A stretch of DNA of 64,000 nt from Candidatus Sysuiplasma acidicola (GTDB lineage: Archaea; Thermoplasmatota; Thermoplasmata; Sysuiplasmatales; Sysuiplasmataceae), in assembly GCA_019721035.1 (NCBI GenBank), contig JAHEAA010000001.1, forward strand, positions 39,991-103,990. Direction: 5' to 3'. Each line of letters begins with the position of its first letter. Position 1 is the first letter of the stretch. Shown in pieces: positions 27,775 through 36,264 of this stretch. The notes below the pieces were generated by a model that made no database searches, was not told the origin of the DNA, and saw only the letters and a program-made list of their open reading frames with translations. The position numbers and the translations under genes were made by a program.

Positions 27775-28478
27775 ACGAAGTGCACTGCTTCGGGCCCGGT
27801 GATATTGTGGACTGGAACAGAACTACTGAAAACAGGGCACATGTGGCATCGCGATGGAAAGCCCTCTATTCAGCCGGAATGAACATAGGCGGCTGTCCCC
27901 TTTCTGACTTCTCTTCGCGCATGATAGTTCGCTACTGCAAACAGGGTTCGAGGCTGCTGGATGCGGGCTGCGGAACAGGGCGATCCATGAGGCACCTGCT
28001 CGCCATGCCGGAACTGCGTGAGAACGCGATCGAGGTGATGGGTCTGGACTTCTGTATGGATGCACTTCTGTCTCACAATGACAGCATCATCAGGATCTGC
28101 GGCGATATGCTCAACATGCCGTTCATTCCCGGATGTTTCGACATCGTCACATCCAGGCAGGTCCTGGATGGATATTCTGCCCGGGAAATATCACTTTTCT
28201 CCGCCTCTTGCTTGAGCGTGCTCAGGGAAGGTGGCATACTCATTATCGACGCAAGGGGACCATTCGACACCCGGGCGCGCAGTGCCGCTTTTGGTAAAGA
28301 GGATACAGAGGGCCATCGAAGTTCATATTTTTCAAGACCTGAACTCATTGAATTCTTCGCTCCTTTCTCAGCAGTTGACTGGGAGGAGGACTTCAGGTGC
28401 AGGAAAACGCCGTCCGGGAAGAGACTGATAACCCACAATATTTCGCTCCTCTTCAGAAAAGGGAAAGTGCAGCATTAG
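27771..28478 (+). CDS. Class I SAM-dependent methyltransferase, translationally coupled to the upstream aaRS
   Basis: The start ATG overlaps the aaRS stop (ATGA at 27771-27774). Motif I LLDAGCGTGRSMRHL. Post-I VMGLDFCMDAL. Motif II/III region ICGDMLNMPFIPGCFDIVTSRQVL...LREGGILIIDARG. Confidence 0.7.
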   Translation: MNEVHCFGPGDIVDWNRTTENRAHVASRWKALYSAGMNIGGCPLSDFSSRMIVRYCKQGSRLLDAGCGTGRSMRHLLAMPELRENAIEVMGLDFCMDALLSHNDSIIRICGDMLNMPFIPGCFDIVTSRQVLDGYSAREISLFSASCLSVLREGGILIIDARGPFDTRARSAAFGKEDTEGHRSSYFSRPELIEFFAPFSAVDWEEDFRCRKTPSGKRLITHNISLLFRKGKVQH

Positions 28479-28536
28479 CCAGCAGGCGTTACAAGTTTTT
28501 TCAGGCTTCTCCGTTAGACACTTAACCGCGGCACAG

Positions 28537-30819
28537 TTGTTGCAGTCTGGCTTTAACAAGTATCGAATAAAGGAAGTCGTGAACTGTGTTTTATATACTA
28601 ATCGCAGCAAAATTATGCTGAGAATTATGACGAGTTTCGGTTCGACGATTAAGAGTGTATTATTGACTGCTTTGTTGATACTTTCCGCCGTAATGGTGCT
28701 TCAGGGCGCTTCCGTGCCCGCACTGGCGGTGCCATATTCAGGTTCCCCGCCCACGCCTACAAACCTGACCATGTACTTCCACAATCTGTCGTCCCCTGTC
28801 ACCGTCGGCGGCGTTCCGCACCTGCACATAGCGAATACGTGGAATGACTCCGTAGCTCAGTATGCCAATACGGGAGACAATATTTCATCGACGCATTATC
28901 TGTCGATCAACTTCACCATGTATCCTCAACTGGCAGGTCCACTGCAGTTGAACGGCACCATGTACACATTTCTCTATATGGAACAGAACGGCTCTGCTCC
29001 GACATCCGGTCATATCACCATGTCACTGTATCTTGATGCTCCGGGAGGTACATCAACGCTTATTGCAACCGGCCCCGCGACTTCCACAACAAAGACTTAT
29101 CCAGGCTCCGGTCCAACACTGATTCGCGTTACCGGTCCAACACTGGACCTGACTTTGGCAGCCAACTATAGTCTCTCTGTCTCGATTGTGGTTAGCGGAG
29201 GAACGAGTCAGATTTACAACGTCCTCTGGGGGCACGTTAGTGGGACATATTACGATTCTCAAGCTGTTCTCTCTGTTTCTTCCTATCTCGAAGTTGGAAG
29301 TATGTACGCTTTGAACAGTTCTGGAGCAAGAGTCTATTCGCTGTCACCTAACGCAACCAACAAGAGTGTTAGTGTATATGCTAACCTGACAGACCCTCTA
29401 GGTGCTTATGATTTCTCGTCTTGGCCAGTGCAGTACTCCATAGGAAACTCAAGTGGAACGCTCTTGAGCGGTGTTATGACAAACGCAACTGTTTTCGCCG
29501 TCGACAGCTACTTGATGACTTACAAATTTACATTTAACTACAGCAGTTTCTCTCCCGGTGACTACACTATAACTGTTAACGGCACAGACAATACCATGCA
29601 CAATTACATCAACTCACTGGGAGTCGTATATGGTAGAAATGCCTACGGCAGCATGCAGCTCTTTATCGGTCTGCCCCCGGTTCGCGCGCTGTTTACAGTC
29701 CAGGACTCTCAGGGACACGCGCTCAGCGGTGCAACAGTTCGTGCATACTACTCTGTCTCATTCATTGCATCGAACCGCACAAACGGCAGCGGTGTGGCAG
29801 GCATATCTCTGTTTGGCGGAAACTACACTGTGCAAGTATTCTGGCAGTCTATCAATGTCGGATCGTTTGCAGTAACGGTGAACAATACAAGCAGCTCGTT
29901 CACGCTTAAATCGAATGTCTATTCCCCCTCGTACATATTCGAGAGTCAGTCTGGATTGCCTCTCTCCAACGCGTTCGTTTACATGACCTCGCCGAATGGA
30001 ACTCAGCTGCCTTTGCTGGTCACAGGAAGCAGCGGCGCATACCCTCTCTCCGAAATGGCCGGAGGCAACTACCCCACCGTCGTCGTATGGCACAGCAGTG
30101 TGATATTCAATGGAAGCATTGACATCAACAGTAACGGAAACGTGCCCGTCAATGTCCATGCATACACCCAGTCATTCAAGGTTGTCAGTGCGTCGGGGAC
30201 ACCCGTGGCCACTGCGAACATACTCATAGTCAATTCCACAACGGGCATAGATCTGGGTTTCAACACAACCGACGCTTCGGGCGCAGCATCGTCGGTCATA
30301 CCCTACGGCACATACGCAGTTTCCGTCTACTGGAAGGGAATACTCGTTTATGACAACAGCAATGTTGTGCTTAACAACCCCACTGCGCCGGCAATGGTGC
30401 TCAACAGCAGCATCTACACCATGACCGTCAGGGCGCTCTCGGCTGACGGATCACCGTTAGGCAATGTAGTCGTCAATGTATTCAGCAATTCGACGGGAAC
30501 ATTCCTTTCCGCAGTCACGGACAGCAGCGGCTATGCAACATTTGAGCTTGCGGGCGGCACATACTCCGTCACAGCGTCGTTTTCAACGACATACGATCTA
30601 ACACCTGTATCACAGAAGATCACCCAGTCTGTGACCGTCTCCAGCTCATCGACACTTGCACTCAAGTTCACGCAGGTCTACCCCCCGATAACATCGACCA
30701 ACCTGTTCTACTTCATTGTGGTTATAGTGGTAATAGCAATAATCGCTGTTGCCGTCATAGCCATGATTGCAAAGAAGAGCGGCATGATGGGCAAACCCGG
30801 AAAGAAGGATGAGAAGTGA
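28537..30819 (+). CDS. Large S-layer-like surface glycoprotein with 4 tandem CarboxypepD_reg/prealbumin-like beta-sandwich repeats and a C-terminal membrane anchor
   Basis: About 735-760 aa. The start is probably an internal Met near 28615-28630 (MLRIMTSF... / signal peptide LLTALLILSAVMVLQGASVPALA). Dozens of N-x-S/T sequons. Four similar ~50-aa modules (V.D..G..L.GA.V....S..G...TD.SG.A.F.L.GG.Y.V). C-terminal TM plus basic tail FYFIVVIVVIAIIAVAVIAMIAKKSG...KKDEK. Confidence 0.6.
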   Translation: MLQSGFNKYRIKEVVNCVLYTNRSKIMLRIMTSFGSTIKSVLLTALLILSAVMVLQGASVPALAVPYSGSPPTPTNLTMYFHNLSSPVTVGGVPHLHIANTWNDSVAQYANTGDNISSTHYLSINFTMYPQLAGPLQLNGTMYTFLYMEQNGSAPTSGHITMSLYLDAPGGTSTLIATGPATSTTKTYPGSGPTLIRVTGPTLDLTLAANYSLSVSIVVSGGTSQIYNVLWGHVSGTYYDSQAVLSVSSYLEVGSMYALNSSGARVYSLSPNATNKSVSVYANLTDPLGAYDFSSWPVQYSIGNSSGTLLSGVMTNATVFAVDSYLMTYKFTFNYSSFSPGDYTITVNGTDNTMHNYINSLGVVYGRNAYGSMQLFIGLPPVRALFTVQDSQGHALSGATVRAYYSVSFIASNRTNGSGVAGISLFGGNYTVQVFWQSINVGSFAVTVNNTSSSFTLKSNVYSPSYIFESQSGLPLSNAFVYMTSPNGTQLPLLVTGSSGAYPLSEMAGGNYPTVVVWHSSVIFNGSIDINSNGNVPVNVHAYTQSFKVVSASGTPVATANILIVNSTTGIDLGFNTTDASGAASSVIPYGTYAVSVYWKGILVYDNSNVVLNNPTAPAMVLNSSIYTMTVRALSADGSPLGNVVVNVFSNSTGTFLSAVTDSSGYATFELAGGTYSVTASFSTTYDLTPVSQKITQSVTVSSSSTLALKFTQVYPPITSTNLFYFIVVIVVIAIIAVAVIAMIAKKSGMMGKPGKKDEK

Positions 30820-30855
30820 CGGAAACGTGATTTCTCATCAGATGTTGTCTGCAGA

Positions 30856-30896
30856 GCATCTGCTGTGACGGCCGCAGATGCCCCCAAACATTTTTT
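30856..30896 (+). terminator. Hairpin followed by a T6 tract, downstream of the surface glycoprotein gene
   Basis: GCATCTGC (30856-30863) pairs with GCAGATGC (30874-30881). A 10-nt loop separates them. TTTTTT follows at 30891-30896, consistent with T-tract-dependent archaeal termination. Confidence 0.35.
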
Positions 30897-31223
30897 CACT
30901 TTACCCATTGAAGTTTTTCATATGCTGGAGCGGAATTCCGGTTTTAAGGCCTGTCTGATTTTGTTCAAACGCCTCGTCCGGTCAAGGATGAAGAACGGCG
31001 CGACAATTGTTACTGTCTGGCTAATTATTGAAAGGACAGGGTGATTCATTGAACTCTTTTTGATACCCGGCCAGGCTGCAACCCCGTGTAATCTGCGTTC
31101 GCCTTATAGCCTTTGGTTTTCAAGAATTCGAAACCATCGGACCACTGATATTTCTCTTGCTGTACCGTCAGGGAACGGACCGCCCCGGAACCGAGAAAGC
31201 ACCGTATTCATGCAGGGATGGTA

Positions 31224-31505
31224 TCACTGCTTTGTTTCCCCATTCTCGTGTCTCGGACCCTTGTGCGTGTGAAGAACCATGGATGTGACAGTGCTCTTCA
31301 CTCCGTTTATCTTCATAATCTTGTTCTTGAGTATTTCCCTGAATTCCTCTATGTCCGAACACGCAATGACTGAAACTATGTCAAACTCTCCGGTAACTTC
31401 ATAGAGTTCCTCGACGCTGGGAAGGCTTGCAAGCTCAGCAACAACATTGTCTAGCAGGGGCGATTCCACGAAGATGTTAACCATTGCAAGTAATCGCTTG
31501 GTCAA
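31224..31505 (-). CDS. Standalone RAM (Lrp/AsnC C-terminal ligand-binding) domain protein
   Basis: 93 aa. The beta-alpha-beta-beta-alpha-beta RAM pattern (VNIFVESPLLDNVVAELASLPSVEELYEVTGEFDIVSVIACSD.EEFREILKNKI..INGVKSTVTSMVL) is present. No HTH domain. Confidence 0.6.
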   Translation of the reverse strand: MTKRLLAMVNIFVESPLLDNVVAELASLPSVEELYEVTGEFDIVSVIACSDIEEFREILKNKIMKINGVKSTVTSMVLHTHKGPRHENGETKQ

Positions 31506-31588
31506 TCAAATCACCGCATTCTCCCGTTCGATGAGATTCTTAAGTATATGTATGTATCCAAGGTCCAGACCGTCCGTGTCACACTGAA

Positions 31589-32032
31589 TCATGCGAGGAA
31601 TGCGCTATAGACCTGCGGATAATTCTCCATCAGCAATATGTTGAGTCTGAGCACGTTGACGTAAGGCGTTCCGGCAATCCAGTATGTCCACCTGATGTTA
31701 TCTTTGATTATCGCTTTCAGCGACGCTATCGGTATATGTGTTGAGTTGTTTATTCTCGGCACCTGCGCATACGCACTGCTCAGCGTGATGTCCGGATCTA
31801 CCCCTGAAGCGGAATTGTTTCTCGGATGGAAGAAGAGCGGTGATGTGAACGACTGGGTTATAAGCTCAGAACCCACAGGTTTTCCGTTGATGTTCACTAT
31901 TTCCCCGTTTGCCTGATAAGGCATGGCAATCTGTGCTATGCCAGTAATTACGAGCGGAAAGATGAGACCGCATACTACGGCAAAAATTACTGCCAGTCTG
32001 GCGCAAGTCATCGCCAACTCCTTAACTGTCAC
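31589..32032 (-). CDS. kdpC: Potassium-transporting ATPase subunit KdpC
   Basis: 147 aa. N-terminal TM LAVIFAVVCGLIFPLVITGIAQ, then PYQANGEIV...GSELITQSF, the KdpC family pattern. Sits immediately downstream of kdpB. Confidence 0.8.
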   Translation of the reverse strand: MTVKELAMTCARLAVIFAVVCGLIFPLVITGIAQIAMPYQANGEIVNINGKPVGSELITQSFTSPLFFHPRNNSASGVDPDITLSSAYAQVPRINNSTHIPIASLKAIIKDNIRWTYWIAGTPYVNVLRLNILLMENYPQVYSAFLA

Positions 32033-32057
32033 TTATTCAATCTCCTTGTCAATCATA

Positions 32058-34271
32058 TCACCTTCGCATGATCAGGCCAAGCGCGATGTCTATCAGTTTG
32101 ATGCCGGCAAACGGAATCAAAACACCGCCTATGCCGTATGTGATTGCGTTCTTCAGAAAGAGCGACATTGCGCTGGCCGGTTTGAACGAAACCCCGCGCA
32201 TTGCCAGCGGTATCAGCAAGGGTATGATGACTGCATTGAATATGAGTGCGGAGAGCACTGCAGTGTGAATGCCAAGGTTGAGTATGTTCAGCGCATGCAG
32301 GGTGGGAATCGTCGCGAACATGACGGGCACAATTGCAAAATACTTTGCAACGTCATTGGCTATGCTGAACGTAGTCACCGCACCGCGCGTCATGAGCAGC
32401 TGCTTTCCCACCATCACCGCTTCGATGATCTTGGACGGATCAGATTCGAGATCCACCATGTTTGCAGCCTCCTTCGCTGCCGCGGTTCCAGAGTTCATGG
32501 CAAGACCCACATCTGCTATGGCCAGTGCGGGCGCATCGTTTGAACCGTCCCCAATCATGGCCACTATTCTGTGCTGGTTGCGCTCCTCTATTACCTTCTG
32601 ATATTTGTCCTCTGGTTTGGCCTGAGGCACATAGTCATCGATACCCACTTCCGCCGCAATGCTCTTTGCTGTGACAGGATGGTCGCCGGTAATCATCACA
32701 GGTTTAATTCCCATTGACTTGAGCGCATTTATCCTGCCCTTCATACCGGGCTTCAGAACATCCTTCAGTCTTATGACGCCCAGGGCTTCCCTGTTTCTTG
32801 TAACCGCTATTGCCGTATCACCCGCGGATGAGACTGAATTCGTCAGAGCATCGTATTCCTCCGGTACGATGTTCATCCCGGCCTTCATTGCATCTGGAGC
32901 TCCCTTGATAATGTCCATGTCGTCTATCTTCAGTTCCGGATTCTCTGCATCCAGAAACTTTCGTTTGGGCCTTCCGCGCTGTTTGAGCACCTTCCCGCTC
33001 TTTAGATGGAAGGACTGAGAACCTTCGCTCATGTGTGTGCCGCTTGTTCTTGATACTGCTGAAAACTCATAGTAGCTGGAGCCGGAGAGCGAACCGACTT
33101 CCTGCGGTATGAATCCCTTCTGGTAGGCGAGGTCTATGATGCTCCTGCCCTCGGGAGTGTCGTCTCCCCATGATGCGAGGAACGACGCCTCTCCCAGCTC
33201 CTTTTCGGTGTGCCCCCCGAAGGGTATGAACTGCACGGCTCTTCTGTTGCCGATGGTTATGGTGCCTGTCTTGTCGAGCATAATCGTGTCCACGTCGCCG
33301 GCCGTTTCTATCGCCCTGCCTGATTTGGCTATGATCTTCCTGGCATAGAGTCTTGAAATGCCAGAAATTCCTATCGCGGGCAGTAGCGCTCCTATCGTCG
33401 TCGGCAGAAGACAGACGTACAGCGCTATCAGGACAGAAAGATCGACACCCAATCCAAGCTCTATAGAGATTCCAAGCAGCGCCAGCACTATGATAGTGAA
33501 TATGGCTGTGAGTCCTATGAGCAAGATTGTTAGCGCCTGCTCATTGGGCGTTTTAGGCCTCTTTGATGATTCGACCAGTTTTATCATCTGGTTGATGAAG
33601 CTCTCTTCGGGATTCACCGTTATGCGCGCTTTCAGAATGTCGCTCACGACAGTCGATCCGCCAATCAGTGTATCGCCGGTAGCCTTTCTCACCGCCGTCG
33701 ATTCGCCAGTCATGAGAGATTCGTCAACCATGGCAATGCCTTCGATGACTTCCGCATCCGTCGGCACTATGTCTCCCTTCTCGATGATCACGATGTCTCC
33801 TTTGCACAACTCTGTGGAGGGCGTCGGCTTCACTGTCTCTGTCGTAGAACTGCCAGTTTCCGGCGGTTTACTCACGACAATCTTCTTTGCCATCACCGTG
33901 CTTTCCAGTCTCCTAAGGCTCTTCGCCGTGTTTTCGGCCTGCGCTTCTGCAAGTGCATCGGACAGCGTGCTGAACCATACGGTGAGCAGAAGCAGGAATG
34001 CCACTTCGACATAGAACGTCTGCTCGCTCGTGTGTGCTACAGGATAAAACGCTCCCGGAAATACGGCCATGGCCGCTACAACAAAAAACGTCAGCTCAAC
34101 GACGAACATGACGGGATTCGATTTGAGTCTGGTGGGGCTCAAACGCAGGACAGAGTCCTTGAGAACTGTCGACAGCTTCCACCTCTCTTCCACAGGTGTT
34201 TCGTCCTCCGCTCTCTTATCCTCCTCAGAATCGGAGTTTGCGCTTGCGATCGGCTGGATATCAGAATCCAT
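32058..34271 (-). CDS. kdpB: Potassium-transporting P-type ATPase subunit KdpB
   Basis: 737 aa. Phosphorylation motif DKTGTIT, hinge MITGDHPVTA, GDGSNDAPALA, and TGES in the actuator domain. Confidence 0.95.
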   Translation of the reverse strand: MDSDIQPIASANSDSEEDKRAEDETPVEERWKLSTVLKDSVLRLSPTRLKSNPVMFVVELTFFVVAAMAVFPGAFYPVAHTSEQTFYVEVAFLLLLTVWFSTLSDALAEAQAENTAKSLRRLESTVMAKKIVVSKPPETGSSTTETVKPTPSTELCKGDIVIIEKGDIVPTDAEVIEGIAMVDESLMTGESTAVRKATGDTLIGGSTVVSDILKARITVNPEESFINQMIKLVESSKRPKTPNEQALTILLIGLTAIFTIIVLALLGISIELGLGVDLSVLIALYVCLLPTTIGALLPAIGISGISRLYARKIIAKSGRAIETAGDVDTIMLDKTGTITIGNRRAVQFIPFGGHTEKELGEASFLASWGDDTPEGRSIIDLAYQKGFIPQEVGSLSGSSYYEFSAVSRTSGTHMSEGSQSFHLKSGKVLKQRGRPKRKFLDAENPELKIDDMDIIKGAPDAMKAGMNIVPEEYDALTNSVSSAGDTAIAVTRNREALGVIRLKDVLKPGMKGRINALKSMGIKPVMITGDHPVTAKSIAAEVGIDDYVPQAKPEDKYQKVIEERNQHRIVAMIGDGSNDAPALAIADVGLAMNSGTAAAKEAANMVDLESDPSKIIEAVMVGKQLLMTRGAVTTFSIANDVAKYFAIVPVMFATIPTLHALNILNLGIHTAVLSALIFNAVIIPLLIPLAMRGVSFKPASAMSLFLKNAITYGIGGVLIPFAGIKLIDIALGLIMRR

Positions 34272-35937
34272 TCACATGCCCCCTGAGGAATTCGAGTAGC
34301 GGTCCAAGTGCAAGGAACGGGAAAAACGTGAGCACCACTACAATCAGTATTGTGGCAAATAGGACGAATGCGAATGTCAGGCTGTCCGTCTTTATGCCCA
34401 CGCCATCCGCTGGTCCCCTTTCCCTGGAATACATGGAACCTGCAATTGCCAGCATGACCGCAATCGGCGCGAATCTGCCAGTCCACATCACCAGTGCCGT
34501 GGACACATTGAAGAAGACAGTATTGGCAGCGGTGCCCAGAAAATCTGAACCGTTGTTAGCCGCCGCCGACGTGAACTCGTATAGCACTTCGGTGAACGAA
34601 ATCGAACCCGTTCCTAGACCTATTGCATTTGTTGCCCTCGTCGCATATGCAAGGACAGTCGGCACGAGTATGATGGCCGGATGCACAAGAAAACCTATGA
34701 CTGCGAGTTTGATGTCCCCCGCCTTTATCTTCATTCCCAGGTATTCCGGAGTCCTTCCTGACATCAGACCGACTATGAAAACGGTTATGATCACATACAT
34801 GAGCATGTACATCAGCCCCACGCCGATACCACCCGGCGTCGCCTGTATCAACATGCCCATGAATGCCGAAACAATTACAAGCGGATTGAACGCCGATAGG
34901 GACGCATTGACTGATCCTGTCGTTACAGCCGTGGTGATCACAGTCCAGAACACTGGCGCGAAACCGCCGAATCTCACTTCCATCCCGGGCCCGATCGCTT
35001 CCGGGGGATAGAGCGCAATTGCCAGATCGAGCATGAACAGTGCGTATGCTGCCACGAGTATGCTCGTTCCCTCCCTCCTGCTCTTCTTTCCGAGCATCTC
35101 GCCATAGACGAACGGCATGGCTGTCGGAATGAGCAGCATAAGAATCATCTCCAACAGGTCTGAGACCTGACTGGGATTCTGGAGTGGATATGCCGAATTT
35201 GCACCATAATATCCTCCTCCGTTGGTTCCTATCTGCATAATCGATACGAGAGAAGCGACGGGACCGATCTTGATAAGCTGCTGGGCACCCTGTATCGTTG
35301 TGACTGCGGTGTATCCGTTCAACGACTGAGGAACGCCCAGATAGACTAACACAAGTGCTGCAATAAACGACAACGGCAACAGTATTCTTGTGAGCGATCT
35401 GGTGAAATCCACATAGAAGTTTCCAAGCCCGTTCTTTGTTCGGGCCTTACCGGCGAAGCCGCGTATTACAGCAACTGCCACAGCAAGTCCTGTTGCGGCG
35501 GAAGTGAACTGGAGGAACTGGATCGCAACCATCTGGCTCAGATAGGAAAGCGTACTCCCTCCGTCGTAATGCTGAAGATTCGTGTTTGACGAAATCGACA
35601 TCGCAGTGTTGAGCGCGAGATCCCATCTCACGCCGGGAAAACCTTGTGGATCCAGCGGAAGGCTGTTCTGGAATATCAGTACGAGAAATGAGATGAGTGC
35701 CATCATCCCATTGAGCACGAACATTGCGGTGAAATATTCCTTCCATCCCATGGCACGGTCATGTTTTATGCCGCAGAGCCTGTAGATGGCGTTCTCGACA
35801 GGAAGGAAAAATCGGTCAAGTCGGCCCGGCGTGTCGTAAGAATAGACATGGGCTATGTATGGCGCCAGCAGCCGGGCAAGCAACAGTCCTGCGGATAGCA
35901 CTGAGACGAGCACTACCAACTGAACAAAACCGATCAT
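34261..35937 (-). CDS. kdpA: Potassium-transporting ATPase channel subunit KdpA
   Basis: 558 aa, about 10 TM helices. KdpA N-terminus MIGFVQLVVLVSVL..., selectivity-filter-like GTNGG segments. Overlaps the kdpB start. Confidence 0.9.
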   Translation of the reverse strand: MIGFVQLVVLVSVLSAGLLLARLLAPYIAHVYSYDTPGRLDRFFLPVENAIYRLCGIKHDRAMGWKEYFTAMFVLNGMMALISFLVLIFQNSLPLDPQGFPGVRWDLALNTAMSISSNTNLQHYDGGSTLSYLSQMVAIQFLQFTSAATGLAVAVAVIRGFAGKARTKNGLGNFYVDFTRSLTRILLPLSFIAALVLVYLGVPQSLNGYTAVTTIQGAQQLIKIGPVASLVSIMQIGTNGGGYYGANSAYPLQNPSQVSDLLEMILMLLIPTAMPFVYGEMLGKKSRREGTSILVAAYALFMLDLAIALYPPEAIGPGMEVRFGGFAPVFWTVITTAVTTGSVNASLSAFNPLVIVSAFMGMLIQATPGGIGVGLMYMLMYVIITVFIVGLMSGRTPEYLGMKIKAGDIKLAVIGFLVHPAIILVPTVLAYATRATNAIGLGTGSISFTEVLYEFTSAAANNGSDFLGTAANTVFFNVSTALVMWTGRFAPIAVMLAIAGSMYSRERGPADGVGIKTDSLTFAFVLFATILIVVVLTFFPFLALGPLLEFLRGHVNGF

Positions 35938-36264
35938 TTATTCTGGTCGACCCTCGCATATTCAACTCTTACAGTCCGTCGATACGTAATCCTTATTTTA
36001 ACCTTTGGAGCCTTTTTGTGCACGATTCACGGCTCATTGATTTTGAATTGCAGGCCGGCGCATACTTCTGTCAATCGGGAGTCGGGCTCCTTCAGCTTCG
36101 GCTCGATGTCTCTATCGTCGAATCATTCCGTCAGGTTTAAGGTTAGTTTTCAGTTCATACGCGTTCAAAGGAGCGTATCAGGCATCATGCTCCGTCTGAA
36201 GCCGGGCAGCGTCAGTCCGAAACTGCCGGCAATTCAGAAATACAGAACGGTTAAGTGATAGGAT

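Noticed and set aside
33358-35011. Long + strand ORFs (218 aa and 271 aa) antisense to kdpB and kdpA
   Set aside because: KdpB (DKTGT, GDGSNDAPALA) and KdpA homology on the minus strand is unambiguous. The antisense frames are Ser/Thr/Pro-rich artefacts of GC skew.
35938-36060. Searched upstream of kdpA for a KdpF mini-ORF
   Set aside because: There is no in-frame ~29-aa hydrophobic peptide. The only short ORFs are charged and not membrane-like.
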